This document shows positions 11,936 to 24,400 of a DNA stretch of 64,000 nucleotides, piece after piece; positions within the stretch are counted from its first letter, which is position 1; each line of letters starts with the position of its first letter. The stretch is taken from the NCBI GenBank assembly GCA_964106915.2, contig OZ066917.1. One strand, written 5' to 3'. The notes beneath the pieces are model-generated. The model searched no databases and was not told the origin of the DNA. It saw only the letters and a program-made list of their open reading frames with translations. A program made the translations under genes and the position numbers. The DNA comes from Podarcis gaigeae. Taxonomy: Eukaryota.

Positions 11936-11941
11936 TTTATT
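11936..11941 (-). terminator. Likely MED14 polyadenylation signal (3' UTR about 12423-11920)
   Basis: AATAAA on minus strand followed by GU-rich GTTTGTGTGTTTGTTTT at 11918-11902. Confidence 0.7.
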
Positions 11942-12423
11942 AAATATTGCTTTTGGGGGGACATGTTTACAACAAGCCCAGATTTAAATGTAAGGATTCA
12001 AAGCAGTCATATTAAAATACAGTTTCAATATAAAGTTTGTCACAGTTTTACAGTATTCAAAAAATGACAGACCTGCCTTTAAAAAAAGACTATTACACCA
12101 AGACATAAGAAAAAACATTTAAATAAACAAATTTTGGCATTTTCATAATCTTTGTAGTATAAAACAGAATATTAACTCTATTTACTGGCAAGCGGATACA
12201 TAAATCTATTACGACTTTGAAATGTCTCCGTAAAACATCATACAGAGTGCTGTACAAAAAGTCTGATGAAAGTGCATCCCTGAAAGTGGGCCAATCCATT
12301 GTATTAGCTCTTTTTAAAATGTGACACGTGAAAATGTCTCTTCCATTTTATATAAGTGAAGGCTTATTTCAGAGAAATGTTTTTGCCTCTTCATCTCATT
12401 TTTACCCTTTGCTTTAAAATAGC

Positions 12424-12497
12424 CTATGGACGCCCACCAGGGGGCAGTGTAAGGTTAGCCATTAAATCACGAACAGCTGCAAAGATTGTACATTCAC
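12424..12497 (-). CDS. MED14: MED14 exon 31 coding part (74 nt)
   Basis: ttctag|GT GAA...; (G)[26 protein letters not shown]. Confidence 0.96.
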
Positions 12498-15400
12498 CTA
12501 GAACAAGGGAAAGAAAGACAAGTTAGCTGGAGAAAAAACAAGCTGGGTTATGGCAAGTGATAAACTTAATCAAATGCATTTCAATTTTTGTCACAAGGCA
12601 CGCCACAACTCAAACTTTTGTAAATAGGCAATTACAACCAGGTGCAACAGTAATCAAAGAACTTCAACGTTAAGCAAGTTTGCTTTATTCTAACCGATTG
12701 GAAATAGTGTAGCCAGCTTGGGTGGAAAATACAAATCAACATGTTGATAAGGTGCAGTTTGCCCACTCAACCACAACTGGACCATTAGGAGTCTCCAAAT
12801 GCAGCAAAAAACCCAAGAGTGGTGCAGAATGTTGGTCTTGGGCCAAGGAGACCTGGATTCAAAACCCTGCCTCATTGGGTGAGTGCCTATTTCTCAGCCC
12901 AGCAGAGTTCATACAACACCCCCCAACATGTGCTACCCTCAGCTCCTTGGAGGAAAGGAGGGATGCAAAGCTGACTGATAACCAAACTTCCTTGTCAATA
13001 AAGACTCGGAGACAAAGATAAGTGTCCAGTTCAAAAGTAACAGCTCAGCCAGTATCTTCTGATAGGCAAATACAATCACAGCAAGCTAAGCTATACTGCT
13101 GGTGTTGGAGCTGGTTTGTTGGTGCTGCTGTGGACACTTCTAAGGATTAGGAATCTTGATGAGGATTTGATTTTACAGGAATGCTCTAATAGACAATAGG
13201 TTACTTACATATGCATTGTGCTTCCACTTACAATTTCAGAATGACAAAGCAGTGAAAAGTAGCCATGAAGTCTTCTCTAAACTTCAGTTTAGATGGCATA
13301 CGTTTTATTATTTTTATGCCATTATATTTTAGAGTAATGGAACAAAACTGCAAATGCCAATTCCAATAACTCCCCCCTCCCTTTCAATAAAGCCCCATGG
13401 CCCTGTGTAGTAAAGCCTGATGACAAAATGCCTCACTGGCAAAGATGACGCTTGTTTAGTTATGTATAGAAGCTATACCTGCATTTCCCTCCCACAATAG
13501 TCAGTGCCAAGGTAGCTGAAAGTTGCTCTTTGGAGCATGCATGAATTATGGGTGGCATGCACGATATTCCAACTGCTAGTGACACGCAGCATGGATGTTG
13601 AATAACTCACCTTGAACCTTACTGCCCAGGTAGAAACACAAGGCTAACCCCTCCCAACATCGCAGTTACCTCAGTGACGATCAGGGGTTCAGGATGGAGT
13701 GTTGCCAAAAGTAAAGGCAAGCATTTGAAGAGGCAGACACACATACCACATCAATCCTATAAGCTGCTTCAATGTAGTCAAATGGTATGCGTATCCACAC
13801 AGTGCAGTCTCAGAATCAGTGTTCATGTCTATGCTATAACACTACACTAAGAATATGCTGGCACTTTTTTAAAAAACAACAACCCTAAACTAATATAATG
13901 ATTTTTTTATTGTTAAACCAAGAACGAGTAAGCAACAAAGGTATCCTTTGAGGGGAGAAAATCTTCCATTGAAGAAGTTAGTGTCTTGGGTAAAACTATC
14001 ATACCCAAGAATAAAACTGTTAAAAAAATCACTTTTCAAAAGTTTCTAACACTTTTATTAAAGGAAAAGTGAAACTGAATACAAAAGCTTCTCACAGAAA
14101 CAAAGCAGGCAGCATAAATAAGAGAGAAGATACAGTCAAGGCAAGATGTTAGTCATGAGATACAGAAAGTATAAGCCAGAGCTGTAAGGTGATACTTTAT
14201 GGAATAATTTATAAGTAGTTCCATCTTCCTGGACCCCAGGCTTTCCTCAGAGGAGTACAATTGAGAACAAGACAGGTAGTAAAACCTTGTAACAGTAAAA
14301 TTACAAGAAATGGGAAGACATTCCTACAGTGCAAGATGACTTAACAAGCACTAGTTTTCACAGAAATATATACACAGTGCTCACATGACAAAAGTTAAAA
14401 TCGTGTTGCTGTGACTACAGTAGAATGAGCCAAGTCATTAAGTGCATTACACTTCCTTGGTCAGTGTCATAAAGTCCATGTTGTGTCAATAATACAACCC
14501 TTCTGGCACCACAGAGAGGTATATATTCAACAATTTATCACTAACATGCAGTAATCCGAAGCCAGGTCTTATGAGGTCAGTTTTCAGGAAACCAAAAAAA
14601 AAAAAAAGGCAAAGCAACACTGGTGGTAAAGTGAAATTTAAAAACTTTAAAAGGTTGGACTCTGTCCATTCAAGCATGCAGAAGTTTTGACCTACTGGAC
14701 ATGTACAGTACCTGGTCGTGGCGAATTCAGTTCTGCAAACCTCTTTAGAATATTGCTAACCATCAAGGGAGCAGCAACTGAAGAGTTCTGCTGTCTGGGG
14801 ATGTCTGCCTGTTGTGTCGTACCTGAAGCCATATCATAAATGATGGGGACTATTATGCTCATGGCTTCCTGTGAAACTGTAGTCTTCTGTGTGAGCTGAA
14901 GCTGTGAACAGAATAGAATATGCAAAAAGTAATCACAGCAATCTTGCAATATACCTTTGATGTAGATAGGGCAACATCACATGCGTTAAGGCATGGTCTT
15001 TATTACTGTGCCAGTTTGAATCCATTCCTTAGCTCAAGAGGAAAAATGAAAGCCGATATACAACCGACGCAAATTAGTTATCCAAACTTAAATCAGAAAC
15101 GTTTCAAACTGACAACTAAACCAAAGTGCACCAAAAGTCCTAGTGCAGCTTGAAATGCCCTAATTTCCCTACTGGGCATTCAGGAGTTATATATGAACAC
15201 ATTTTTTTTACAATCCAAATTGCTTTGTAGTACAAAAGGGAAACTGGGAGATTTAGAAATAAGCACTATGTACTGTCCAATTTTTCTTTAAAGAAATTTG
15301 GAATGGTGATATTCCAAAAAGTAAGATTATCTTCACCATTCATCCTATTTCAATGTTAGCTGGGTTTTTTAAATACTAAGTGTTCAGTTTAAACACACTG

Positions 15401-18400
15401 GCAATTACATAAACTTCTTATCAAAATGGGCCTACATAACCATATCCACACATGCAAACTTTCAAAGCTACATACTATGAAAAAAGTAGGTGCCTTTTAC
15501 ATGGCATATGTGGAAAAAAAATACTAGCACAACTCAAATATAGTGCCCTATTTGTAAAGAAATTGACTATGGGACTAATTGCAAAGAGTCATGTGTCTCT
15601 TATAGCAACATAAGAGTCATGGCCTCTTATAGCAGAAGCAGCAACTTCAGCATTTAAGTTAGTCATCCTTGACCCCAACTGAAGCAATGGAACATGTTGA
15701 AATGTTATATTTTGGTTTCATATATTGTTCATATATTGTTGTTGACATCCATCTGTCTCGAGAGATAATGGAGTGCGCCTCCAGGGGTGAAGTCAAACCA
15801 CTGTGTTAGTAGTACCCTGGAGCACAAGCCTGGGCAGTGTGTGTGTGTGTGTGTGTAGGTCCTGGGCTGCCCAGACGACAAGATCCCTCCTCTTGGCATA
15901 CTGATGTGGTCCAAAGGGAAGCAGAACAGTATGTTTGGAACCAGCTTGGCTGCAGGAGTTGCCAGAAGGAAGGCATACAAGATGTCATCCAACCGTCTTA
16001 TGGACTCCACTCCGGATTTGTGTAGGGTTACTCCTTAGCCTGTCCTTCTGAGGATATCCCACAAGGCAGCAGAGGTTTAGGAATAGAGTTTTCCTTCCCC
16101 TACATTCCTAGGTTGATGAGCCCCATCTGCCCCTCACTTTCATGTATTATCAGAACAATTCAGTTCCTAGACTTCAAGGGGATGAAAATAGGAATAATAT
16201 ATTCTGTAATTAGGTATCTCATTTGCTACTTACACAATGGCTGACGGAAGTCATATTTAAACTACTCCTTACAACTGGACACTGTCAAAGACTGCACCAA
16301 ACATGGAACTGACTTAGTTGCTCTACTTACAAAGAACAACATTTTGGATTTCAGCACAACGGCCGGTGTTCCTGGAGGAGCAATTGGTGGAGCACTTGGA
16401 GGAATTGTCAAACAAAACTGTACATTCCATTTCAGCTGGCTGGCCTGATCAGGAAACTGTTTCAATAAAACATGCCACAGAAAAAGACAGATGAACAATC
16501 CAGTCTGCGTTATGAGAAATAATACAGAATGTTGTGAAGACGTTAAAACCAACTTACCAGCTCTAGTTTCATAATGTGTACACAGTCCCGGAGAATGTGT
16601 GGAGGTGCCCCTAACAGCTTTGTAAAGGCTATTAGAGTATTGGATTTGAAGGGTGGTCCTGCAACCTACAGTGAATGCAATGTGTTATTAGAATTTCTTT
16701 AGGCAGCTCAATGATTATTCAATCCTGCTCTTAATCCATATCACAAATCCTACTAAAGTCAAAATAACAGCACAAGGATGTGAAATTCCCATTATGGCAA
16801 TCTCACAAAGTGGAATTCTCTACAATAAATGCTGGAAAGTTAGGTGAAAACCATAAGAATATGAAGTGGCCCAGTTCATGATCAACACAAGCATCAAACC
16901 GGAACATACAAAGGAGAAAAATCACATGGAACATCAATGTCAGCCTGGCAGCTTTTAGGGAGGTGCTGAACTGGCATTATCTGCATGATATGTTCTGCAT
17001 GATAAGCTCACTGGACATGAATCACATATGTGTGATGTATTATGAACTTATTTTATGAACGTGGTTTTCAAACATCTTATCAAACATCGAATTTTGAGTA
17101 AAGTAAGATGGGTTCTCCTGCCAACCTAGCAGTTCGAAAGCACGTCAAAGTGCAAGTAGATAAATAGGTACCACTCCAGCAGGAAGGTAAACGGCGTTTC
17201 TGTGCGCTGCTCTGGTTTGCCAGAAGCGGCTTAGTCATGCTGGCCACATGACCCTGAAGCCATACGCCGGCTCCCTCGGCCAATAAAGCGAGATGAGCGC
17301 CGCAACCCCAGAGTCAGCCACGACTGGACCTAATGGTCACGGGTCCCTTTACCTCAAGATGGGATACTTACTCTGGTTTCAAAGAATTTCTCCAAAACCT
17401 GCAGTTCTTCTTGTTTCCACTGCCCTGCAGTTTCAGGTGCTACTTTTAGCTGCAAGGTCTGGTTAGTTTTAGGGTTGAGGGCAACTCTACATTTCAGGGC
17501 ATCTGTCTTGAACATTATTACACCTGGTTCATTGGAGTTCATAAGCTGTAGCTGTTTAAAAGCCAAGACAGTTGATTAGAATGCAAGAAATAAGCTGCTG
17601 CCCACACCTCATTATACTCTAAGCAGCAGGAGCAAAACTTTCACAAACCCAAGTTCTAAGCATTTTAAGGTTGGCTGCATGTAGCTTGTCAGGTACATCT
17701 CCACCTGCCTTCCCCAATCTTGGGTTCCCAATTGTTGCAGTACTACAACTCCCATTATTCCTGACCATTAGCCATGCAGGCTTGGGAAAATGAGAGCATC
17801 TATAAACAAGATGCTCTCTATTGACTCAGCAGGGTGCATTGTCTTATGAACCCTCACCTTATCTGCTAAGAGGAAAGTGCTGCTTCTACTTTTTTAAAAA
17901 CAGCAACCAGTCCTTTTATTATTATTCAACTCTTCCCTCTGGCTTTCCCCTACAAGCCCTGAGATTTGTCAATACAAATTCCTATTTCACTAATCCTAGC
18001 AAATACTGAATGGTCCTACACAAATAATAGAGTTTACGGCTTAGCCAAAGTTTGGACCATGTTTTTCCAAATAGGAGTGCTAAATAAGCAGTTTCCCACC
18101 TACATTGCTTGGAATCCAGGAGCTACCTGCTGAGGAAACTGATAATGGCGGAAAAGCTGTCTGAAAGCCCACTTGAGCACCATTCCAAATAATTCAAGGA
18201 TGCAGTCTTAGTTTGCATGGGGGGGGCGGAGCTAGCCCCACCACCACTTACACAAACTGAGTATGCATCCCAAAATTTTCTGCTCAGGACTCCACAGTCA
18301 ACATGTAAGAGTTCTTTGGCAGACTTGTAGAAAGTATTCCCTATGGGCAGAAAAAATAAAAACCACTGCCCTCAACTTCAGCAATGCAGTATACCAACTC

Positions 18401-21400
18401 AATGTGGTTAAAACATCACAAATCACATCCCATTTCACACCTCTTAAAATGCAGAATGGTTAACACCTATTAGGCTGTATCCAACAAAGTCATAGTAGAG
18501 CTACTAAAAGTAATGGCAGTGAGTCATACAAGTTCATTCATTTCAATGGGCAGAACCCAACATAACAGTTCCGTTAGCACAAGGCCTTGTGGCTGCACAA
18601 CAAAAATTTACTTCTCTTATTGCACAGAAGCTAGGAGAAGTCTAAATTTAAAGTGATTGTGTAAGGAACTAAACATGTTGATTCCTTACGTACCGGCTCC
18701 TGCTGGATAATCCTTTGGAGATGTCTTCTCATGATAACTGATCCAAGGAAACGTTCAAGTGGAGAGCAGAGATAGCTTCCGGCCAGCCCTGGCATAAGCC
18801 CGGGGGTGGGAGAGGGCAGAAGAAGAATGTTCAAGGCACTGTGAGTGAGAATTGTGGGTATGGATGCAGCCCAAGAGCGATGAGGTAGTTTACGAGGTGG
18901 CGGCATATTTGTTGGCATTACTTGGGAACCTAGTAGAAATAAGAAAAGGCACACCTCACTCTTCCTGTCTAGGGATGCATGGCTATTTACATACATTTAA
19001 AATGCTAGGCAGTTCCCTGTAAGACTTGGCATAATGAAACCTTCCCAAACTCAGCACCCCAACAATTCCAAAGACTAAGAAACAGTTAATGGCTGTGTCC
19101 AATGCCCTCTATTTCCCTCATGCAAACGGAGAGGATTAACTACTCAGACCACTATTCCAGAGTTAAGGTGATTGCACAGTCACCTTATCTTCAAATCACA
19201 ATAATGTTTGATTAATGCACTTTGTTTATTTTGTATTAACAAATAACTCAGTCATAGAATCACAGAACTCTACAGTTGGAAGGAACCATGAGGGTAATCT
19301 AGTCCAATCCCCTGCAATGCAGAATTTTTTTGCTCAAACCTACAACCCTGAGAATAAGTGTCTCATGCTCTACCAATTAAGCTATCCCTGCCTGTCTGCC
19401 TGCCTGCCTTTGTCTAACTGGGTTGCCATAACCATGTCAACAGCATTTTGTAGTGAAATACTAAGTTTGAACATCCCCTCTATTGGCTTTGCAACCTCTT
19501 GTTGATATTACTTACTTGTTCCCGCTCTTGGGGAATGGGAAGCATCTGGTACTGGAGAATGTAAAGAAGGGTTCGCTGGTGACATTCCAGGCATGCGTGC
19601 TCCTGGAGAGGGACCAGAGACCTGGGGCGAGCCTGGCCAATTCCCTGGACGCTGGCTTGGAGACATCATTGTGTACGGTGAAGTAGGATCTATAGGACCT
19701 ATGGAAATTGCAAGAAAATTGTAGGCAGCTTTCTCTGGGTGTACTATCTGTACACCAGGATCCATAGCCTTCCTAGACCCTGCCTATCTAAAGCCTAACA
19801 CATCAAACATGCCTTCATTACGTGCATTGTTTAAGTGGTGAATCTTAAAAAATGAATCCTTTATTGCTCAGTCTATTCATTGATGGGGGGCTTGCTTGCT
19901 CTGCTTACCACAGAAGGCTGCAGGACAATGTCTGTTGACTCAAGAGATTTTAGAAACCATTTGCTCCAATTTTTCCTCCCTGCTATGTTGGGGCTGATAA
20001 AGACGGTGATTTTCCAGCAGTAGCGGCTCCCGATTAAGTAGGAGCAACAGTTCAGGTGTGTGAAGAAACAGTTGGTGTCATTTCAGAGCCTGCATCCCAA
20101 CAGGGAATGGAGCGGTGCACTTTCCCAGAGTCAGGAAAAGGGGTTAAAACAAAAAAAATTCCTTCCAGTAGCACCTTAAAGACCAACTAAGTTAGTTCTT
20201 GGTATGAGCTTTCGTGTGCATGGGTATCTGAAGAAGTGTGCATGCACACGAAAGCTCATACCAAGAACTAACTTAGCTGGTCTTTAAGGTGCTACTGGAA
20301 GGAATTTTTTTTGTTTTGACTATGGCAGACCAACACGGCTACCTATCTGTAACAGGAAAAGGGGTTGTTTGTTTTACGGTATCTGAAGTGTCAGTTTTCT
20401 ATCAGTATCCAGCTGTACAAGTCATGGGCTTACCATGTGGGCTAGCATAGTTCGTATTTTGTCCCATTGTGATTCCAAGAGATGAAGGAGAAGGAGTTGG
20501 ACCAAATGATGCTGGTGACGGTGCTCTTAATGCACCGCTCGGAGAGTTTGCAGGATGTAGCGTTCCTAAAGGGGACATTCAGGACAGCAACTACGTTACG
20601 TACTGCCCAACTATTCCTCTCCAAGTTTAAAGAGAACTCTCTTTTTAGTAAGTTGTCAAGGTTATTTGAAGGTACAGTGATTTATAAAAACACAGGACGC
20701 ATCACAATTAATTTATGAAACACCTTAGGAACACTAAATGCCATGAACTGCTACTGGCGATGCATAAAAGGCAGCCGTCTTACCTGGGGACTGCGTGTGC
20801 ATCATGGAAGGTGACGGGGTGACTGTACTGTGATAAGATGTAGGGGGTGATGTCAATGGGTAAGCCCCTGGTGCTCCTGTCTGTTTTGAAGACTGTTGAA
20901 ATGAGACCTTTATTAGATATAGTAAAATATAGATCCCAACAATTCTACATGCCTAAATATCTAATGCTTAGAAGTTCTGTCCTCAGGCATTGGACTTCAT
21001 TAAAGCTGAATTTCTAGAGTAGCATTTCACTTCTTTACACTACCTTTCCACAAACTACCAACATAAGCCATTGATTCCAAGAGCCATTTCCCCTTTCTAT
21101 TATATCTCCAAGTCTATTGTGTGGTCTGTACTTTACTGCTTCTAGCTAACAGCTTACGCACTGGACATCAACATCCACTCTAACTTACACACGTTGATGT
21201 ATTAGGCACGTATCTTACACAAATTCAGACCATTACTTCATCCAGTTCAGTGTCTACACTGACTGACAGTGGTTCACTGGGGATTCTGACAGACTACTTA
21301 GAACCTCTGGCATTCCATGAATATGCTCTAGCAATGTCTAAGGCCTGGGGAGAGGTCAGTTGCCATCCTCATTCTGCCCCCTCCCAAGGTCTTCATAAAT

Positions 21401-24400
21401 CACCACTACATTTTAAAATATGTTGTTATGTATAAGTTTTCACTTACTGTTGGCCAGGAAGAGCTATAAATATTGCTACGCAGGTACAATAAGGAGGATA
21501 TGACCTCACTTGCTGTTGTTATCTCTTTGGACATACACATTTGTCAAAAATGATGACCATAATCATAGGGGCTTAGCCTTATACTGGGAGCCTTATACTG
21601 CACACATACAACCTGCGGCTGCGGCTGAAGCTGTGATATCAATGAATCCATCATGTCCCCTCCAATAGGAGATGGTGGGTTATCATCTTCATTGACAGAT
21701 CGTCTTCGTGCATCCTGATTGCTGTCAACAAACATGTTCAGGAATGTCTGTGGATATAGAGTATTCAGATTTATGAGTCAACATGTCTTCCTATTGTATC
21801 TACCAGACATCTAGATCAATATTTCAGCTTGTCAGTGTCTGTAGAAGCAGCTGAATTCTGTTCCATGAAAGGGATCATAAATCACAAATCATTGTATTAT
21901 TTATACCCTGTCCATCTGGCTGGGTTTCCCCAGCCATTCTGGGCAGCTTACAGCATATATAAAACATCAAACATTAAAAACTTCCCGATACAGGGCTGCC
22001 TTCAGATGTCTTCTAAAAGTACTCCTTTTAAAGATTTTTCCATACCATTAAAAAATGGCATCCAGGACAGAAGCAAGCTGAAAGTTACTTCGATAAGATC
22101 AGCTGCACTACACTTGAAAAAACGCAACTCATAGAAGACTCAAGTTTTTTAAAACGCCATAAAATGATGGATATGACATACTAAGTCACAGAATGGTCCA
22201 TTCAGCCCAGCAGTGAGCACTCTGAATGGCAGCAGCTCTCCAAGATGTCAGGCAGGAGTCTATTCCATCTTGCTACCTGAATTTGGCTTTCAGTAGCCAA
22301 AAAGTATTGAGTAGCAATTGTGAAAACACCCAAAAGTGATCTGAAGGATGTTACTGTCCAAATCCCACACCCAACACTGTCATTATATCCTAAAAAAATG
22401 TAGGGAAGGCTATTTAATCCCCTTAGAAATGGACAACCTAGAGTCCTAAAAAAAAAATTATTTCGTGCAGCTGCTGTTGCCAGCTCCTTACAAAGGGCAT
22501 TTCCTCTTAAGCAAAACTTTCTGAAATATTAATAGGGCCCCAGCCTTATTTAATTACACCGTAAAATAAAGATAAAAAGACCTTTAGTCCTGGTGCAGGG
22601 TAAAAGCCTTCCACAATTTTACTGTTGTCAAAAAGGCTGTATGCTCCATCGCGAATTGCCACCACCCCACGGCTTTGACAGTAAATGTCAATGCAGTACA
22701 TGTTCCGAAAGGCCAGCCTGATGTGTGTGGGTGACTGAGGCAGAATTGAAAAACATTGGTAGGCAGTGTTGGTGCGTTGCGTCAGTCCCAGCATTGGCAC
22801 GGTTGGGAGCTTATTGATAGCATTTAATGGAGCCTGAGTATCATACAAAACCTGCAAGTAAAAACAAAACTTGTTTAGTTTCACAATAGCCAACTAAATA
22901 TACTTAGCCTTTAGAAACAATCAACATAAATGCAGCTTTAAAGTTGTTTTTACCAGGGGTAAGAACCTGCTGGCTTATTTATTGTGTATTAAATGTTCAT
23001 ATCAACCTTTCCCACACTCCCTTTCTCTTTTTTAAATCAAAAGCAAACTCTTAACAGCAGGTTAAATATGTAATGACTGAGCTTATTCTCCCCTGCAGCC
23101 CTACCCACAAGTCATTATTGGCCTATTGTGCTAAACGATACTCCTGAGAACTGGGAACAGAATTTGTCCTTTGGTGCTTTTTGCATTTTGAATCAAACAT
23201 TTGTCTTCCAAGGGCAGGTTAGGGAGAAGGGTTAGTTACCTGTAAAAGTTGGACTACATTTGGTGATTTGTTGAACATCTCTTGGAGCTGATGCAGGATT
23301 GTATTATGACAGTTACTGCAACCTGAGTTTGGTCCAACTGTTCCTAATGATATGTGGAATTTCTGGTGTGCAGAGTTCCACTGAATGCTGATCTATAAAA
23401 AAACAAGAGCTTTAATGGAAAATAATCCAACAACATCTAAGAAAGCAACTGTTTCACAACTCAGCAGAAGGGTGTGCATGTAATCACTAAACTATGGTTT
23501 AGCACAGCTAGGAAGAGTAACAGACCCAAATTCACTTTCATTTTCACTTATTCCTATCTTGTTCTTCCCTGTGAAACAGAAATCGTACTTTAAGAGTAAA
23601 CTAGTTTGTTAAAACAAGCCAGCTTCATTATCCATGGTTAGAAGTTGGCTTATTTAGAAAATGACTAGCATTAATTTTAAACCACAAATCCTGGTTGGTA
23701 CATAAAGACAAGCTAGAAATCAGGCAAAGTGAAACTAAATCCTGGGTTATCCCTTCTCCAAAAAAATTACTTACTGAACTTCCTTTAGTAGTTCCATAAC
23801 AAATAATTAGCTTCCGATAATTGTAGATTCGGACCTCCGAGAAAACTTTTAGATGGCTGGGTATTTCTTCATAAAATGAAAGAAAGTGGATGGGGAAAGA
23901 TACAAAAATAGATATATGAATTGTTTCGGTAGACCTCATACAGCAACACAAGAACAAAGAAGAATGTATTTATGTACCTGGTAAGGATCTGAAATATTCC
24001 AACACACATTCATATAAGCGAGCAATGCTATTCCAGTCATTGAGGAACATCTCAACTACTTTTCGTCCACCAACTGGTTCAGATAACTGGCTTTCATATG
24101 TCAGGTAAACATGACGGGTAGGTCCTACAAAGTGAAAGAAATGGTCCAATATGGTCAAATCACATTGGCACACAGAAAACATAAGCAGAAAGTAGAGAAG
24201 TGCAAGACAGAACAAGTGTAAGTTGGAACACTAACCTTGCTCCCTGGAGGAAGTGCTATTACTAAGTGGGCAATTTGCAAACACCAGTTCAGCAACCCAT
24301 GTGCGGTTATTTCTACCTTGCAGTCGAAAAGTGCAGTCAAGAAGGGAACGGTCTAGAGCCTTCTGGGTTTCTTCACTTGTACCCTTACATGGAGGAATTC

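Noticed and set aside
13941-13949. GTATCCTTT U12-donor-like motif on the + strand
   Set aside because: Antisense to MED14, with no associated exon or branch site
23867-24235. MED14 introns 17 and 18 are both 111 nt (multiple of 3)
   Set aside because: No sequence similarity between them, and both contain early in-frame stops, so no coding retention; likely coincidence
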